Source: a virus (taxonomy: Duplodnaviria > Caudoviricetes). From it: a DNA stretch of 64,000 bases. The notes beneath the pieces are model-generated. The model ran no database searches. It had not been told where the DNA came from and saw nothing but the letters and a program-made list of their open reading frames with translations. Below, piece after piece: positions 42,122 to 52,419 of this stretch. How positions within the stretch are numbered: the stretch's first letter is position 1; each line of letters opens with the position of its first letter. Position numbers and translations under genes: made by a program. The stretch spans positions 9,883 to 73,882 of the IMG/VR virus record IMGVR_UViG_2706796244_000001; one strand, 5' to 3'.

Positions 42122-44887
42122 TTACTGGTTGTCCAGAGCCAGGGTGAGCTCTGTGAACTTCGAGATCATAGCGAGCGACATTTCTGCCACGTCGCTACCT
42201 ACCATCAGGGTCCGCCCCAGGAACCCATCTTGCCGCTCGAAAGAGGCAAGGCCAGCCTCCGTCAGCCGCATCGGATCGAACAGGTTGTCGGGGCTGCCGA
42301 TGTTGGCGTCCCAGGCATCCTTGATCTTCTCCATGGTGCTATTGTAGTTTTCCAGCAGGTTCTGGGTATCCCGCAGGATCTCCGCAGTATCGGCTGCCAT
42401 GTACCGGGTCAAGGCGTCGATGCCGCTCAGGCTCAGCTTCATCAGGTTGTCGGCCCGGAACAGGGAACCCATGTTCAGGACGAAGCCCTTGCCGTTCATC
42501 AGGTTGGTGCCGACCTGAATGGCCACGATGGAAGCGATGGTGCCGATGATGGCGCCCAGCTTCTCACCGAACACCGCCACCGACACGGCGCTGATCATCT
42601 GGGTCAACAGCATGGCGGCCAGGGCATTGGCCACGGCGCCCACAATGGTGGCAGCCAGACCTGTGAAGCCCAGGGCAGCACCCACCGTGGCATTGGCACC
42701 GAGCAATCCATAGCCGGCCCCCGGCGCATAGAAGTTGATCACGATGGCGATGATCACGATGAAGACCTTGAACAGGCCCGACTGATACCACTTCTGCTTC
42801 ACCACCTGGTAGCAGTTGAACACCAGGAAGGAATTGGCCGTGCTCATCTGGGTCTGCTTGACCAGGCTCATCTGCTTCAGGATCTCAGGGTGCACCGGCA
42901 CAATGAATCCCGACTCTTCCTTGTCGTCCAGAGCCTCCCAGGCAGAAATCTCCACCGCCTTATTGCGGTAGATGTTGTTGCGGTGCTTCAGGCCCCACAG
43001 GCTCAGGATACGCCAGGTGCTGCTGCTGTCTTGCCAGCAGATTTGCACCTTCTCGATATCCCGGTAGCCGGTGTAGAAGTTGTCCTCGGACTGGAACGTG
43101 AACGGGAAACGGTCGGTGCCGGCCTTGCGCAGCTCCATGTCCCCCTTCTTGGCTCCAGCCTTGTAGGTGCCCTTGCCGGTGAGCTCGTCCATGCCGACCC
43201 ATGTGACCAGCACGTCATAGTTCATGACCGGCATGTCGCCGCTCATGATCCGCACGTTGAAGTCCGGCAGGATCGGGTAGTTGGCCCGTGGTGGTTCGGG
43301 CTGGCCGAACTGGTCATCGTTGGGGTCACGCTGGCCTTGGAACCAGCGGCGCCACACCTGCATGCGGTAGTTGGCCTCGTTCCACTGCTCCACCCACTTC
43401 TGGTAGTTCAGGTGGCTACCGCCCGGCAGCCGAGTGCGCAGGTAGTCGAAGAAGGTATACAGGTATTCCCTGCAGGCCTTCTCCACCACATTCAGGCTCA
43501 CCCCGAACATCACGTAGGCGTAGTCGATATCCTTCAGCGACTCGTTCTTCTTGATGTTCTTCTCCACCTCATCGTACTTGGCGCCGATGGCCTTTTTCAG
43601 GGCCCGCTTGCACATCTTCAGGGTATCAGGCGGCAGAGCATTTTCCATCTCCGACACCATCTTGTTGTCCAGGCGGAATGGGATGGGCGGCAGGAACTTG
43701 CCCATGTCGATGTTGTTGCTGAACATCCGATCCAGGCCGGGGGTGCCACTGCCCTTCTTGTAGATGAACTTGCGGTTCTCCGACCAGGCCTTGACCAGCT
43801 CGAACTGCTCAGCTCCCCACCAGTTGAAGTTGGTGTCCACGATGGGATCCTTGAGGACGTGCCTGTAGTGGCGAGTCCAGCCAGCGCCCAGATCTTCAGT
43901 CCAGCTGTCGTGCTGCTCCACAAACGAAGATTCCCGGGGCTTCCACTGTCGGCGGTGATACCGCTTCTCAACGCGCCACTTCAACTCAGCACCTTGCAGG
44001 CCGACGAAGAAACGACGTTCGTACACGTCCACCGTGATTTCTGCTTCCCAGGGATCCACGTTCCATTGCTTGTAGAAACTTAGTTCAGGGCGATCCTGAT
44101 ATTCCCCATTAGGGCCGGTATCCCACACCTGCTGTTGCTCGAAACCGATGAAGTAGTACCCCTCATATTCAGGCGGCCAGCTATTGAGCTGGCGCCAAGT
44201 ACCCTTCTCAGGATCATCCTCCAGAGGTGGGAAATTCTCTTCCGTCAGCCCCAGGTAGTTGGGCTCTTCAGCCGAACCAGAGGAAGAGATAGGCGTGATG
44301 CTCGGGTACTGGATCAGGATGTAGTCGCAGTAGATGTACCAGCCGTCAGGGTCGAAGTCATCCGGCGCAGGAATGATGAGCTCCTGCTGGGTAGGCCAGT
44401 GCCAGCAACGCCAGGTGCCATTCTCCTTGGGGTAGATCTCCCAGTTTTCAGTGGTGCGTCCCTTCTGATTCTTGTAGAGCCACCGGGCCAGGAACTGCTG
44501 TGGATCAGCAGGGCCGATATGCGCCAGCTGAGCCTGGGGGTAGGCTTTACGCCATTCGTTGGTCGTCTCATCGAAGATATCTTCGTGGGGGATGTACGCA
44601 CCGATCTGGTTGGGATCGATGGTCTTCTGGGCATTGATCGTGCCGTTGGTCATCCCCATGAGAGAGTTGAATCCCTGCACATCGCACCAGCGTGCGAACG
44701 AGCGGAACTTGATGCCGGGCCCATTCAGGTATGCGCCCTGGATGGTGTCACCCATGCTGAAGCCATTCTGGCCGATGACGTTGGAAATCACCGTGGTCTT
44801 CAGGTAGTTCGGTCGATCCTTTTCGGGCCCAGCGAGGTTGTACGCCACGCTGGACACGTAGACCTTTTCACCGCCAAAGATCCCCAT
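42122..44887 (-). CDS. Virion structural protein (N4 gp53-like)
   Basis: MGIF...YVSSV.YNLAG N-terminus and Ala/Gly-rich hydrophobic C-terminal stretch. Size and synteny. Confidence 0.82.
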   Translation of the reverse strand: MGIFGGEKVYVSSVAYNLAGPEKDRPNYLKTTVISNVIGQNGFSMGDTIQGAYLNGPGIKFRSFARWCDVQGFNSLMGMTNGTINAQKTIDPNQIGAYIPHEDIFDETTNEWRKAYPQAQLAHIGPADPQQFLARWLYKNQKGRTTENWEIYPKENGTWRCWHWPTQQELIIPAPDDFDPDGWYIYCDYILIQYPSITPISSSGSAEEPNYLGLTEENFPPLEDDPEKGTWRQLNSWPPEYEGYYFIGFEQQQVWDTGPNGEYQDRPELSFYKQWNVDPWEAEITVDVYERRFFVGLQGAELKWRVEKRYHRRQWKPRESSFVEQHDSWTEDLGAGWTRHYRHVLKDPIVDTNFNWWGAEQFELVKAWSENRKFIYKKGSGTPGLDRMFSNNIDMGKFLPPIPFRLDNKMVSEMENALPPDTLKMCKRALKKAIGAKYDEVEKNIKKNESLKDIDYAYVMFGVSLNVVEKACREYLYTFFDYLRTRLPGGSHLNYQKWVEQWNEANYRMQVWRRWFQGQRDPNDDQFGQPEPPRANYPILPDFNVRIMSGDMPVMNYDVLVTWVGMDELTGKGTYKAGAKKGDMELRKAGTDRFPFTFQSEDNFYTGYRDIEKVQICWQDSSSTWRILSLWGLKHRNNIYRNKAVEISAWEALDDKEESGFIVPVHPEILKQMSLVKQTQMSTANSFLVFNCYQVVKQKWYQSGLFKVFIVIIAIVINFYAPGAGYGLLGANATVGAALGFTGLAATIVGAVANALAAMLLTQMISAVSVAVFGEKLGAIIGTIASIVAIQVGTNLMNGKGFVLNMGSLFRADNLMKLSLSGIDALTRYMAADTAEILRDTQNLLENYNSTMEKIKDAWDANIGSPDNLFDPMRLTEAGLASFERQDGFLGRTLMVGSDVAEMSLAMISKFTELTLALDNQ

Positions 44888-44899
44888 GTCCAGCTCTCC

Positions 44900-45802
44900 T
44901 TACAGACCGTTCTTCGTCTTGATCGAGGTCATCACCTGATCGACAGAAGCATTGGTGAACATGTTCGGAGCGAGCACCGCTTCGTCAATGGTCTTCTGGG
45001 TGATCCAGGCATCGGTCCACATCTTGGCAGCCTTCAGCTCGGAGTCGCGCTTGTAGCTCTCGATCTGCTGGGTGTAGAGATCCTTCTGCTTACCAAGCAC
45101 GCCCATGACGGGTTGGCCATCGGTGCGGGTGTCAGAGGTCTGGCCACGTTGGGCTTCTTTCTGCTCCTTGACCAGGCCCTGCTGTTCCGTCAGCAGCTTG
45201 GTCTGTTCCTTCTGGCCATTGATCTGCTCGGTCAGCAGAGAGGCATTCTTCGGCAGGATGTTTTCATGCGTGAACTTGCCCTGGCAGTAGTTGATATCCT
45301 CGGTGGCCATCTGCATGATGGTCAGGCCGTAGCGTGCCTTGTTCGTCAGGGCCTCACCCTTTTTGGCGGCGAACTCCATCTTGGCCACGGCCAGGTCCAC
45401 GTTACCGCGGATGGCGGCCACCTGGGCATTCACACCAGACCAATAGGCTTGGTCCTTGCCCAGCTGGAACTGGACAGCACCTGCAATGCAGGCCTCGGTC
45501 ATGGCGATCCAGGTCTTGGAGAACTCGGCTGCCGTGATGCGGCCAGACTTGTACTCGCGGTCGAGCCAGACACTGGTGCCCTTCATCAGGTAGTCGAAGG
45601 TGCCTTCGCCATCCACCTTGCGTTCGGTCAGGTCTTCGTTCGTGACACGCTTCACGAACTCGAACATGGGATTGGCAGTGCCGCCAGGGATCTCGTACTG
45701 GCCCCCCGACATGTCAATGTCTTGGAAGTCGAAATTCAGACCCTGGGTGATATTGGCAAGAGCAATCTTGCCGGCGCTATCTGCTCCACAGCTCATGATC
45801 AT
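44900..45802 (-). CDS. Tail/structural protein (N4 gp54-like)
   Basis: G.G.FD.LM, G.IT..E and G..GKQKDLY.QQI.SY motifs. Synteny. Confidence 0.82.
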   Translation of the reverse strand: MIMSCGADSAGKIALANITQGLNFDFQDIDMSGGQYEIPGGTANPMFEFVKRVTNEDLTERKVDGEGTFDYLMKGTSVWLDREYKSGRITAAEFSKTWIAMTEACIAGAVQFQLGKDQAYWSGVNAQVAAIRGNVDLAVAKMEFAAKKGEALTNKARYGLTIMQMATEDINYCQGKFTHENILPKNASLLTEQINGQKEQTKLLTEQQGLVKEQKEAQRGQTSDTRTDGQPVMGVLGKQKDLYTQQIESYKRDSELKAAKMWTDAWITQKTIDEAVLAPNMFTNASVDQVMTSIKTKNGL

Positions 45803-45820
45803 TTCCTCTCTGGTTCAATG

Positions 45821-45853
45821 AAAAAAGCGCCCCGCAGTTTCCTGTCGGGGCGC
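45821..45853 (-). terminator. Rho-independent terminator
   Basis: - strand GCGCCCCG-a-CAG-GAAA-CTG-CGGGGCGC followed by TTTTTT. Confidence 0.88.
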
Positions 45854-45870
45854 CTGCTCAGCGGTCTAGC

Positions 45871-46668
45871 TTAGCCGACCTGACTGGTGCCTGCTGCAAT
45901 CTGGGCCTTGCCCAGTTGTTTCAGCTGTTCGGGGGTCAGCGGGTCCAGCACTTCGATGTTGAACTCGCGGGGCCAGAAGTTGTTGTCCACGACGGGAATG
46001 CCGTTGACCTTCTTGCCAAAACGGACCTGGAGATAGCGCTTGGACTTGAGGTGGTTGAACATCACCAGCGGGATGTGCCAGCCGTTCTCTGTGGCCTCAC
46101 CATACGGCACGAACATGCGAACGGTGCCCAGCACACGGTTGCTGATGGTGTGGAACTCGCCGGGCAGGTTCTGCTTGGCGGGGTTCATGACCGAGATGCG
46201 GCAGCGGACCAGCACCATCTGCTCATCACGCAGCAATTGCGCCAGCGAGGTGTCCTTGATACGGGGCTTGGCCGCCACAGCTGCACGCAGATCTGCCATG
46301 GTCTGGGGCTGGGCGGTATGCAGGTGCTTGTCCAGTTCTGCCGAGCGAGTTACCAGGCCCTTGGGATCGTCCAGCTTGGCGGGGGTAGGAGACGAACCAG
46401 AGGGAGAGGCTTCTGCCTTGCCTGCGTCCACGCCCAGGCGGGCATCAATGGCAGCTTCGGCCTGGGCTTCAAAGGATGCGGCGACGGAAGCCTGCTCTTC
46501 GGCTTCTTCGGCGGCCTGGGCACCCAGGTGGTCGTTGATACGCTTGCGCAGGGTATCGACGGAAATGTTGTTGCTGAAGGAAATGCCCAGCATGGTGGCC
46601 TTCTGCTTCAGGTGTGCCAGCTCATCGACTTGTTGGGCGGCTTCGGTGTTGACGTTCGAGTGATCCAT
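45871..46668 (-). CDS. Conserved protein (N4 gp55-like)
   Basis: LKQKA..LGI..SNNI..DTLR.RI and LVRCRI..MNP.K motifs. Follows MCP. Confidence 0.82.
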   Translation of the reverse strand: MDHSNVNTEAAQQVDELAHLKQKATMLGISFSNNISVDTLRKRINDHLGAQAAEEAEEQASVAASFEAQAEAAIDARLGVDAGKAEASPSGSSPTPAKLDDPKGLVTRSAELDKHLHTAQPQTMADLRAAVAAKPRIKDTSLAQLLRDEQMVLVRCRISVMNPAKQNLPGEFHTISNRVLGTVRMFVPYGEATENGWHIPLVMFNHLKSKRYLQVRFGKKVNGIPVVDNNFWPREFNIEVLDPLTPEQLKQLGKAQIAAGTSQVG

Positions 46669-46688
46669 TTTCTTCTCCGGGTATTTGT

Positions 46689-46713
46689 GGAAGAAGGGGC
46701 CGGAGCCCCTTCT
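46689..46713 (-). terminator. Hairpin / partial terminator downstream of MCP
   Basis: AGAAGGGGC-TCCG-GCCCCTTCT with a poor U-tract. Confidence 0.55.
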
Positions 46714-46729
46714 CTAGCTCACCTGCCGA

Positions 46730-47965
46730 TTAGCGGGGTGCGACGGTCTTGATGATGCCGATGCGCTCGGGGCGCAGGAACAGGATGCCGTACCACCACT
46801 GCACGGACGAGAAGCCGACCTTGCCGTAGGGATCGTTGCGATCCATGGTTTCCTTGCCAGGCATCTTGGTGTTGACCTCGAACTTCAGCGTGGAGCCGTC
46901 GGTCTGGAAACCGATGGTCGTGAAGGACTCGGCGCCCACCACCATCAGCGGGTACACGTCGTACTTTTCCTTGCCGTCAGCCGGGTCCACGCTGGAGCGG
47001 AAGCCGGGGTTCGCCGTGACTTCAGCACCGGCGTGGGCGAAGTGCAGCATTTCCTGCACACGGATGATACGGAACATGCCGACTGCGCCGACTTCGTTCT
47101 TCATCAGGGCCGTGGCCGCGCCGTACTTGTGCACGGGGATGAACGCCGGATCGCCGAAGTTGTCACGCATGCGCTTGATGTGCGGCAGCAGGTCATTGCT
47201 GCAGTACATGATGCGCGTTGCACCCACGGTGTTGGTGTCGATCTTGGTCGAACCCGTGATGATGGTGACGTGCGTGGGGGTACGGTTGTCGGTCAGGATC
47301 TGGTCCATGCGCTCGAAGTCATCGAACGTCAGGGTGGACGCAGGGATCGTGATCGAACCAGCCGTGGTTTCTTCGGCGGTCACTTCGCTGTCCTGGGTGG
47401 CGGCACCGCAGTACAGGATCGTGGTGGCGCCCAGCAGCAGGTCACGCTGCAGCGTGGCTTCGGTCAGCTGGTTGCAGGCGTTGATGGTCTCGCGGGCCAG
47501 GATTTCGCGCAGCTGATCGTCGGAGTCGAAGTTCAGCGAGTCGCGGGTGAACTCGTAGAACAGGCCGAAGTTGAAGATCGTGCCTTCACGCTCCAGACGG
47601 GTGAAGCCGATGCGGTTCACACGGCCACCGTTTTCAGACAGGTGCGGCAGCTTGCCGGTAATGGTGCCCACGTCACGGCTGGAGCCGTACAGGTTGCCGT
47701 TGACCGTGCTCACGCCGTTGGCGTCGATGCCCTGGTCGTTGATGTTGCTGTCGTGCAGAACCGGCAGGTACTCGTAGACCTTGATGGTCTTGCCGAAGTG
47801 CATCGGCATGTTGGTCACGTCGGCCAGGGGCATGAACACCTGGTCCTTGACCGCATGGCGGATGGACTTGCGCAGCCAGAAGTAGGAGCGCATCTGGTCG
47901 GCATTGCCGCCCTTGTCGATGCTGGACTTTTGCCCGTCAATCGGGGCGTTGTAATTCAGAGCCAT
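46730..47965 (-). CDS. Major capsid protein (N4 gp56-like)
   Basis: [36 protein letters not shown] and DPYG..GF.S..W.YG motifs. Confidence 0.95.
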   Translation of the reverse strand: MALNYNAPIDGQKSSIDKGGNADQMRSYFWLRKSIRHAVKDQVFMPLADVTNMPMHFGKTIKVYEYLPVLHDSNINDQGIDANGVSTVNGNLYGSSRDVGTITGKLPHLSENGGRVNRIGFTRLEREGTIFNFGLFYEFTRDSLNFDSDDQLREILARETINACNQLTEATLQRDLLLGATTILYCGAATQDSEVTAEETTAGSITIPASTLTFDDFERMDQILTDNRTPTHVTIITGSTKIDTNTVGATRIMYCSNDLLPHIKRMRDNFGDPAFIPVHKYGAATALMKNEVGAVGMFRIIRVQEMLHFAHAGAEVTANPGFRSSVDPADGKEKYDVYPLMVVGAESFTTIGFQTDGSTLKFEVNTKMPGKETMDRNDPYGKVGFSSVQWWYGILFLRPERIGIIKTVAPR

Positions 47966-47985
47966 GGTTCAGGTTCCTTCTTGGG

Positions 47986-48831
47986 TTACGGGAGAAGTCG
48001 AGGATCGAGCTTGTCGATTTCCTCATCGGTCATGCGAGTGAGATCCGCCATGGTCAGCTTCTGTTGAGTTGCCGACGCACTGCGGGACGGAGAAGCAGCA
48101 GCTGCCGCTTTTGTTGCGGCCGGAGGCTTGGCCACCGAACGCACTGCCAGCGGTTGCCGAGCTACCGCAGCCGCAGTGGCCGTAGTACCAGCATTGCCCT
48201 GGTCAGGGATCTGGGTAGTTGCCGCAGCAGTACCCGTGTTTTCCTGCTGGTTCGTCTGCACCGGAGGCTGACCCTTCGGCACCAGTTTGCCAGCAGCGTG
48301 GAGCTCATCGCCAACAGCCTTGTAGCTGTGGACGAATGGTTGATTGGGGAGTTGCCCCAGGGCCTGGCGCCGTGCCATTTCAGCAGTGATCACGTCGTAT
48401 GCGCCGATCTCACGATGCTTGGTGAACATGGCGAGCATGCCCGGGGTTTCTCCGAGAATGTTCTGCGATTGCGCATCCCAGGTTTGGGTGATCGCCTGGA
48501 TCATCGCCTGGCCGTGCTCGGAAGCCTTGGCTTCTGCGATCTCGTCGGCGAACCGGAGATCATCGTCGCTGGGAGGCGCAATCTGCGGAACGTATGCAGC
48601 GGACTGTTCAGGATCCAGGGAAAGAGGATCGACCTTCTTGTCCTTCAGCAGTTTCTGGATGGCGGCAGGGTTGCCCTTGCTCACCTCGATCAGGTGCATG
48701 ACCTGATCCATCTCCGTCAAACCTGCTTGCTGGAGAGCGGCGACCAACTTTCGCTGGGGTGCCAGTTCCTGCATGCGGCGGGTGTAGCCCACACCCTTCT
48801 GCATCAGAGTCCGGGCTTCTTCGGGAGTCAT
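47986..48831 (-). CDS. N4 gp57-like protein (tape measure/scaffold), C-terminal part
   Basis: PEEA..LMQKG..YTRRMQ.L and H.LI...KG.P.AI.KL.KD..VDP motifs. Position upstream of MCP. Confidence 0.8.
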   Translation of the reverse strand: MTPEEARTLMQKGVGYTRRMQELAPQRKLVAALQQAGLTEMDQVMHLIEVSKGNPAAIQKLLKDKKVDPLSLDPEQSAAYVPQIAPPSDDDLRFADEIAEAKASEHGQAMIQAITQTWDAQSQNILGETPGMLAMFTKHREIGAYDVITAEMARRQALGQLPNQPFVHSYKAVGDELHAAGKLVPKGQPPVQTNQQENTGTAAATTQIPDQGNAGTTATAAAVARQPLAVRSVAKPPAATKAAAAASPSRSASATQQKLTMADLTRMTDEEIDKLDPRLLP

Positions 48832-49181
48832 CAGCTGATCTCTTGGCCGCCCGCTTTGAACGGCGCCATGATTGCTTCGTACTTCGCCTTGTAGTCCGTG
48901 GTGTCTTCCGCAGCAGTTGTTGCGCCATCTGCTGCGGAACCTTGACCTTCTGCTTCGGTGGTCTGGGTTTCACCCGCGGGGGTAACTGTAGCAGAAGTTT
49001 CTGCCGCAGTTTGTTGCTGCTCGCCTTCGGCGGCAGCTTGGGTTTGTTCGGTTTGCTGGGTTTCGGCCTCACCCTCAGCCGACGCATCGGCCTTCAGGGT
49101 GTCGCCGGCAACCAGCGCATCGAACTCTTCGTCCGAGAGCTCGTAGATGTTCTCGGGCAGTTTGGAGAGGTCGAATGGCAT
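48831..49181 (-). CDS. N4 gp57-like protein, acidic N-terminal part (separated by a frameshift)
   Basis: Ends DYKAKYEAIMAPFKAGGQEIS*. One extra base would join it to the downstream ORF. Confidence 0.75.
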   Translation of the reverse strand: MPFDLSKLPENIYELSDEEFDALVAGDTLKADASAEGEAETQQTEQTQAAAEGEQQQTAAETSATVTPAGETQTTEAEGQGSAADGATTAAEDTTDYKAKYEAIMAPFKAGGQEIS

Positions 49182-49193
49182 GGTTGCGGTTCC

Positions 49194-49610
49194 TTACTCG
49201 GCGGATTCGTCGCGGTTCTGGGCAGCGACGGCAGCCTTCTGGGCTTCGTCAATGGACTTGAGCTCGGCCTTGGCACCTTCAATGGATGCTTCGGCACGGT
49301 CAGCCGCCGACAGGATCTGGGCCAGGTAGCCCTTCAGGTGGGTGGCTGCCTTGGCGGAAGCATCGGCCATGGCGGCAACATGCGCATCTTCGTGGGTGGC
49401 GGCGATGCCCAGGCTGCGCAGGGCGTTGTCCTTCAGGAAGCCTTCCTGGATCACCAGCTTGAAGTCTTTGCTGCCCATCAGGCGACGAAGTGCCTGGCCC
49501 AGCTTAAGGTCGGCGGTGCGATGTTCGATGAACTCGTGGAGACTGGCAACGCTGCCAGCTTCCGACTGCTGCATCTCCGAGTTGTCGAGGAAAGGATTGT
49601 GATTACTCAT
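49194..49610 (-). CDS. Conserved protein (N4 gp58-like)
   Basis: ALRRL...DFK.VI.EGF pattern. Lies between portal and gp57. Confidence 0.78.
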   Translation of the reverse strand: MSNHNPFLDNSEMQQSEAGSVASLHEFIEHRTADLKLGQALRRLMGSKDFKLVIQEGFLKDNALRSLGIAATHEDAHVAAMADASAKAATHLKGYLAQILSAADRAEASIEGAKAELKSIDEAQKAAVAAQNRDESAE

Positions 49611-49622
49611 TTGCGTACTCCA

Positions 49623-51923
49623 TCAAACTTGAGCGTTCAGGTTGGTCGCGGGATCCAAGGCCGGGTCATAAAACTGCGACCCCAGGTTATATCGCGGATC
49701 GACTTGCGCAGCTGCATCACGTTGAATTGCGTTAGCAGGTTGCGCAGGCGGAAGTGTATCAGCTTTGCTGAGCTCATTAAAACCGATAGCAGCTTCAATA
49801 TCGGGCGCCTTTTCACCTTCCTTTGTTGGGGTAACGAGTGCCTTGGTGATATCGCGGGCTTGGTTGCCTTCAGCCTGGGCCTGTTGGCGCTGCATATCCC
49901 GAGCATGCTTGGTGCCGGTTTCCTGCTCCACATAATCGAGGTCAGCTTGCTCCGCACGAGCCAAGGAAAGACGAGCATCTGCCTTGGCCTTCTCGGCACG
50001 GGCAAGCATCTCTTCCACTTCAGCCTGCTTCAGCTGCATCTCCAGTTCCTTCATCTTTTCCGCTACGGGATCAGGTTCAGGCTTGAAGTTGCGCAGCTTA
50101 TGGGCCAGCTCAGGCATACGCTTCAGCTCAGCGATCTCAGCCAGGATCAGGTACACCATATCAGGCGGCGAGTTGGGGCCCAGCGTCTGGAGCATGAACG
50201 CCAGGTCCGATGCCTTTGCGCTGTCTACCTCGGCAGTCGAGATATCCACCTTCAGGTGGAACTGGCCCACCAGGTCTTCCTTGGAGATTTCCACGAACTC
50301 TTCATTCGTGACCTGCACCACTTCCTTGGCGTCCAGGAACTCCTTGTTCATGGCGATGATCTTGGCAGCGATCTCCTTCATGCCTTCAGCCAGCCGGCGC
50401 AGGATCGTCATCTCCCGCTTCGATGCAGCATCCAGCACACCACGAATACCGGCAGCCACATCGCCAAACGCCTCACCAGACATGCCACCGGAGAACGCCT
50501 TCACCCCGGACATGGACTCTGCCTCCTGGTTCTGGATCTGGGCCATGACCAGCGCAGACTGGGAGATCTCAGGAGTCTTGTGCAGCACAAGGCCACCAGC
50601 TTCCGGGTTCATGTTCGGGTTGAACTCGTAGTCCTCGCCTCGCTGGAACTTGCGCAGGTTCACCGGGTCGAGCATGCCCTTGGCGATACCCTGCTGTGCG
50701 TTGGCACTGCGGGCCAGCAAGTCGATCATGCCGCGCATCACAGCACCCAAGGTTGCCTGGTTGTCGGCCAGCAGCTCAGCGTCAGGTTCGCCGTACAGCT
50801 TGCGCTTGATCGGGCGGTACTTGGAGATCACATACGGCGGCTTCCGGTCGGGGTACGGATTTTCCTCCAGACGGATCATCACGTTGCCGATCCAGGTGGC
50901 AACGATGGGAGTCAGCTCGCCATTCCCGTGCACGTCGTAGTAGCCCCAGTATTCATGGGCGATGACCTTTTTCCGCGCCTTGTCGCTGAAGTAAAAGTTC
51001 TGGGGCGTGTTGGTAGCGTGCTCGGGGTTGTTGATCGGGCCTGCCGATTCCCAGTTGATCAGGTCCAGGTTCTGGTAGAGGCCGGTCTTCGACAGCTGGC
51101 TGCGGTTCACCTCGAACGTCTCCACCACGAACATGGCCTTGTTCAGGTCGCCCTGGCAAGACGGGTCGATGATGATGTTCTGGGGGTTCTTCACCTCCAG
51201 TGTCGGGTAGTTGGCGATGACCTCTTCGACTTCCTGCTGCTCAGTGCCGGTCTCCACCGCGTAGTTGGGCACCTGGGTTTCCATGAAAAACTCCACGGCG
51301 GCCTTCAAGGCCGGAGACACCTTGGCCTCATAGTCCCGGGGAGCGTCCACCTGCAGGTTCAGGGCTTCCATCAGCTGAGCCTGCTGCTCTTCCGTCTCGA
51401 TAGGGTAGTAGGCATAGACCGGAAAAGCCTTCATTACCCGGCGCACCTCACGGTGCCAGCCCAGACGGACGATGGCAGAACCCTCATCCACGTTGGCACG
51501 GACGTAGTTGTCGATGAAATCCACACGGTTGATCTTCGTGCGGAATTGCCAGTTGAGCAGGGTGGCGTTCTGGCGTGCACCGGCTGCATCAGCATGGGTG
51601 GCAGGTTCGACCTTGAAAGTCTTGTCGCCGGCCACGAATGGTTCGGACAGCGCTGGGTAGCGCCACTCGTTCTGCCGCTTGATCAGCTGGGGCTGCACAT
51701 TGGAACGGCCCGCTACCTTTTCAGGGCGGGCCTTGCCGGTCGTGTTCAGCAGGTCATTCCAGCGGTCAATGTCCTTCATCTGGGCATCGTGGGCTGGCTT
51801 GGCCAGGTCAAAATCCTTCTTCAGCTGGTCGATGCGGGGAGCATTTTTCCATTCCGGCTGAAGGGATGCTTGGCTCGTGGGGTCGAGCTCTTGCCGGGAG
51901 GTGGGTTCACCGTTGACGCTCAT
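49623..51923 (-). CDS. Portal protein (N4 gp59-like)
   Basis: GRS.VQP.LI..Q.EWRY.ALSEPF, ENPYPD.KPP and SGVKAFSGG motifs. 766 aa. Confidence 0.94.
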   Translation of the reverse strand: MSVNGEPTSRQELDPTSQASLQPEWKNAPRIDQLKKDFDLAKPAHDAQMKDIDRWNDLLNTTGKARPEKVAGRSNVQPQLIKRQNEWRYPALSEPFVAGDKTFKVEPATHADAAGARQNATLLNWQFRTKINRVDFIDNYVRANVDEGSAIVRLGWHREVRRVMKAFPVYAYYPIETEEQQAQLMEALNLQVDAPRDYEAKVSPALKAAVEFFMETQVPNYAVETGTEQQEVEEVIANYPTLEVKNPQNIIIDPSCQGDLNKAMFVVETFEVNRSQLSKTGLYQNLDLINWESAGPINNPEHATNTPQNFYFSDKARKKVIAHEYWGYYDVHGNGELTPIVATWIGNVMIRLEENPYPDRKPPYVISKYRPIKRKLYGEPDAELLADNQATLGAVMRGMIDLLARSANAQQGIAKGMLDPVNLRKFQRGEDYEFNPNMNPEAGGLVLHKTPEISQSALVMAQIQNQEAESMSGVKAFSGGMSGEAFGDVAAGIRGVLDAASKREMTILRRLAEGMKEIAAKIIAMNKEFLDAKEVVQVTNEEFVEISKEDLVGQFHLKVDISTAEVDSAKASDLAFMLQTLGPNSPPDMVYLILAEIAELKRMPELAHKLRNFKPEPDPVAEKMKELEMQLKQAEVEEMLARAEKAKADARLSLARAEQADLDYVEQETGTKHARDMQRQQAQAEGNQARDITKALVTPTKEGEKAPDIEAAIGFNELSKADTLPPAQPANAIQRDAAAQVDPRYNLGSQFYDPALDPATNLNAQV

Positions 51924-52419
51924 CGTGCGCCTCCATGAGTTTGCGGTCTGCCAGGATCTGCTGGCCCAGTTGCTTCAGTTGTTGGTCACGGAGTCCAAGA
52001 GCTGCTTGGAGTTCTGCGACCACGAAGATGCCTTCTTCAAGAGCTGCGTCGAGTCGGGCTGCGTGCTCTGCAAGACGGACTCGCTCAGCGGCGTCGGCTT
52101 GGGACATACGTTGGTAGGCACCAGCACGGCTTTCGGACTGGCGCAGCCGGCCAGCGTACTCGCTGCGAGCAGCAGCCAGAGCAGCATCGGATTCATATTT
52201 GGCGGCTTCAAGGGCACGATTGATCTCCTTCTGGTTCGATTCGTGGATGGTTTCGAGTTGAGAGTTGAGGATGTGCAGAGCATCCTCCTTGGCCTTCAGT
52301 TCGGCCATCACCTCGGTTCGCTGACGCTCACCTTCGGCGCGGCCTACCTGCTGGCCAAGGAGGAAGGTGAGGGAGAGGATGGCGGCTGCACCGCCGAGCT
52401 TATACAGGAGGCTTTTCAT
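51907..52419 (-). CDS. Rz: i-spanin (Rz-like)
   Basis: N-terminal TM helix followed by a long coiled coil. Downstream of endolysin. Confidence 0.85.
   Translation of the reverse strand: MKSLLYKLGGAAAILSLTFLLGQQVGRAEGERQRTEVMAELKAKEDALHILNSQLETIHESNQKEINRALEAAKYESDAALAAARSEYAGRLRQSESRAGAYQRMSQADAAERVRLAEHAARLDAALEEGIFVVAELQAALGLRDQQLKQLGQQILADRKLMEAHDERQR
51975..52196 (-). CDS. Rz1: o-spanin lipoprotein (Rz1-like) embedded in Rz
   Basis: Lipobox LAG-C and Pro-rich linker (CPKPTP), fully embedded in an alternate frame. Confidence 0.82.
   Translation of the reverse strand: MNPMLLWLLLAASTLAGCASPKAVLVPTNVCPKPTPLSESVLQSTQPDSTQLLKKASSWSQNSKQLLDSVTNN

Noticed and set aside
48831-48870. Canonical programmed -1 frameshift in gp57
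   Set aside because: No X XXY YYZ heptamer or obvious downstream stimulatory structure. Reported instead as an unexplained single-base frameshift.
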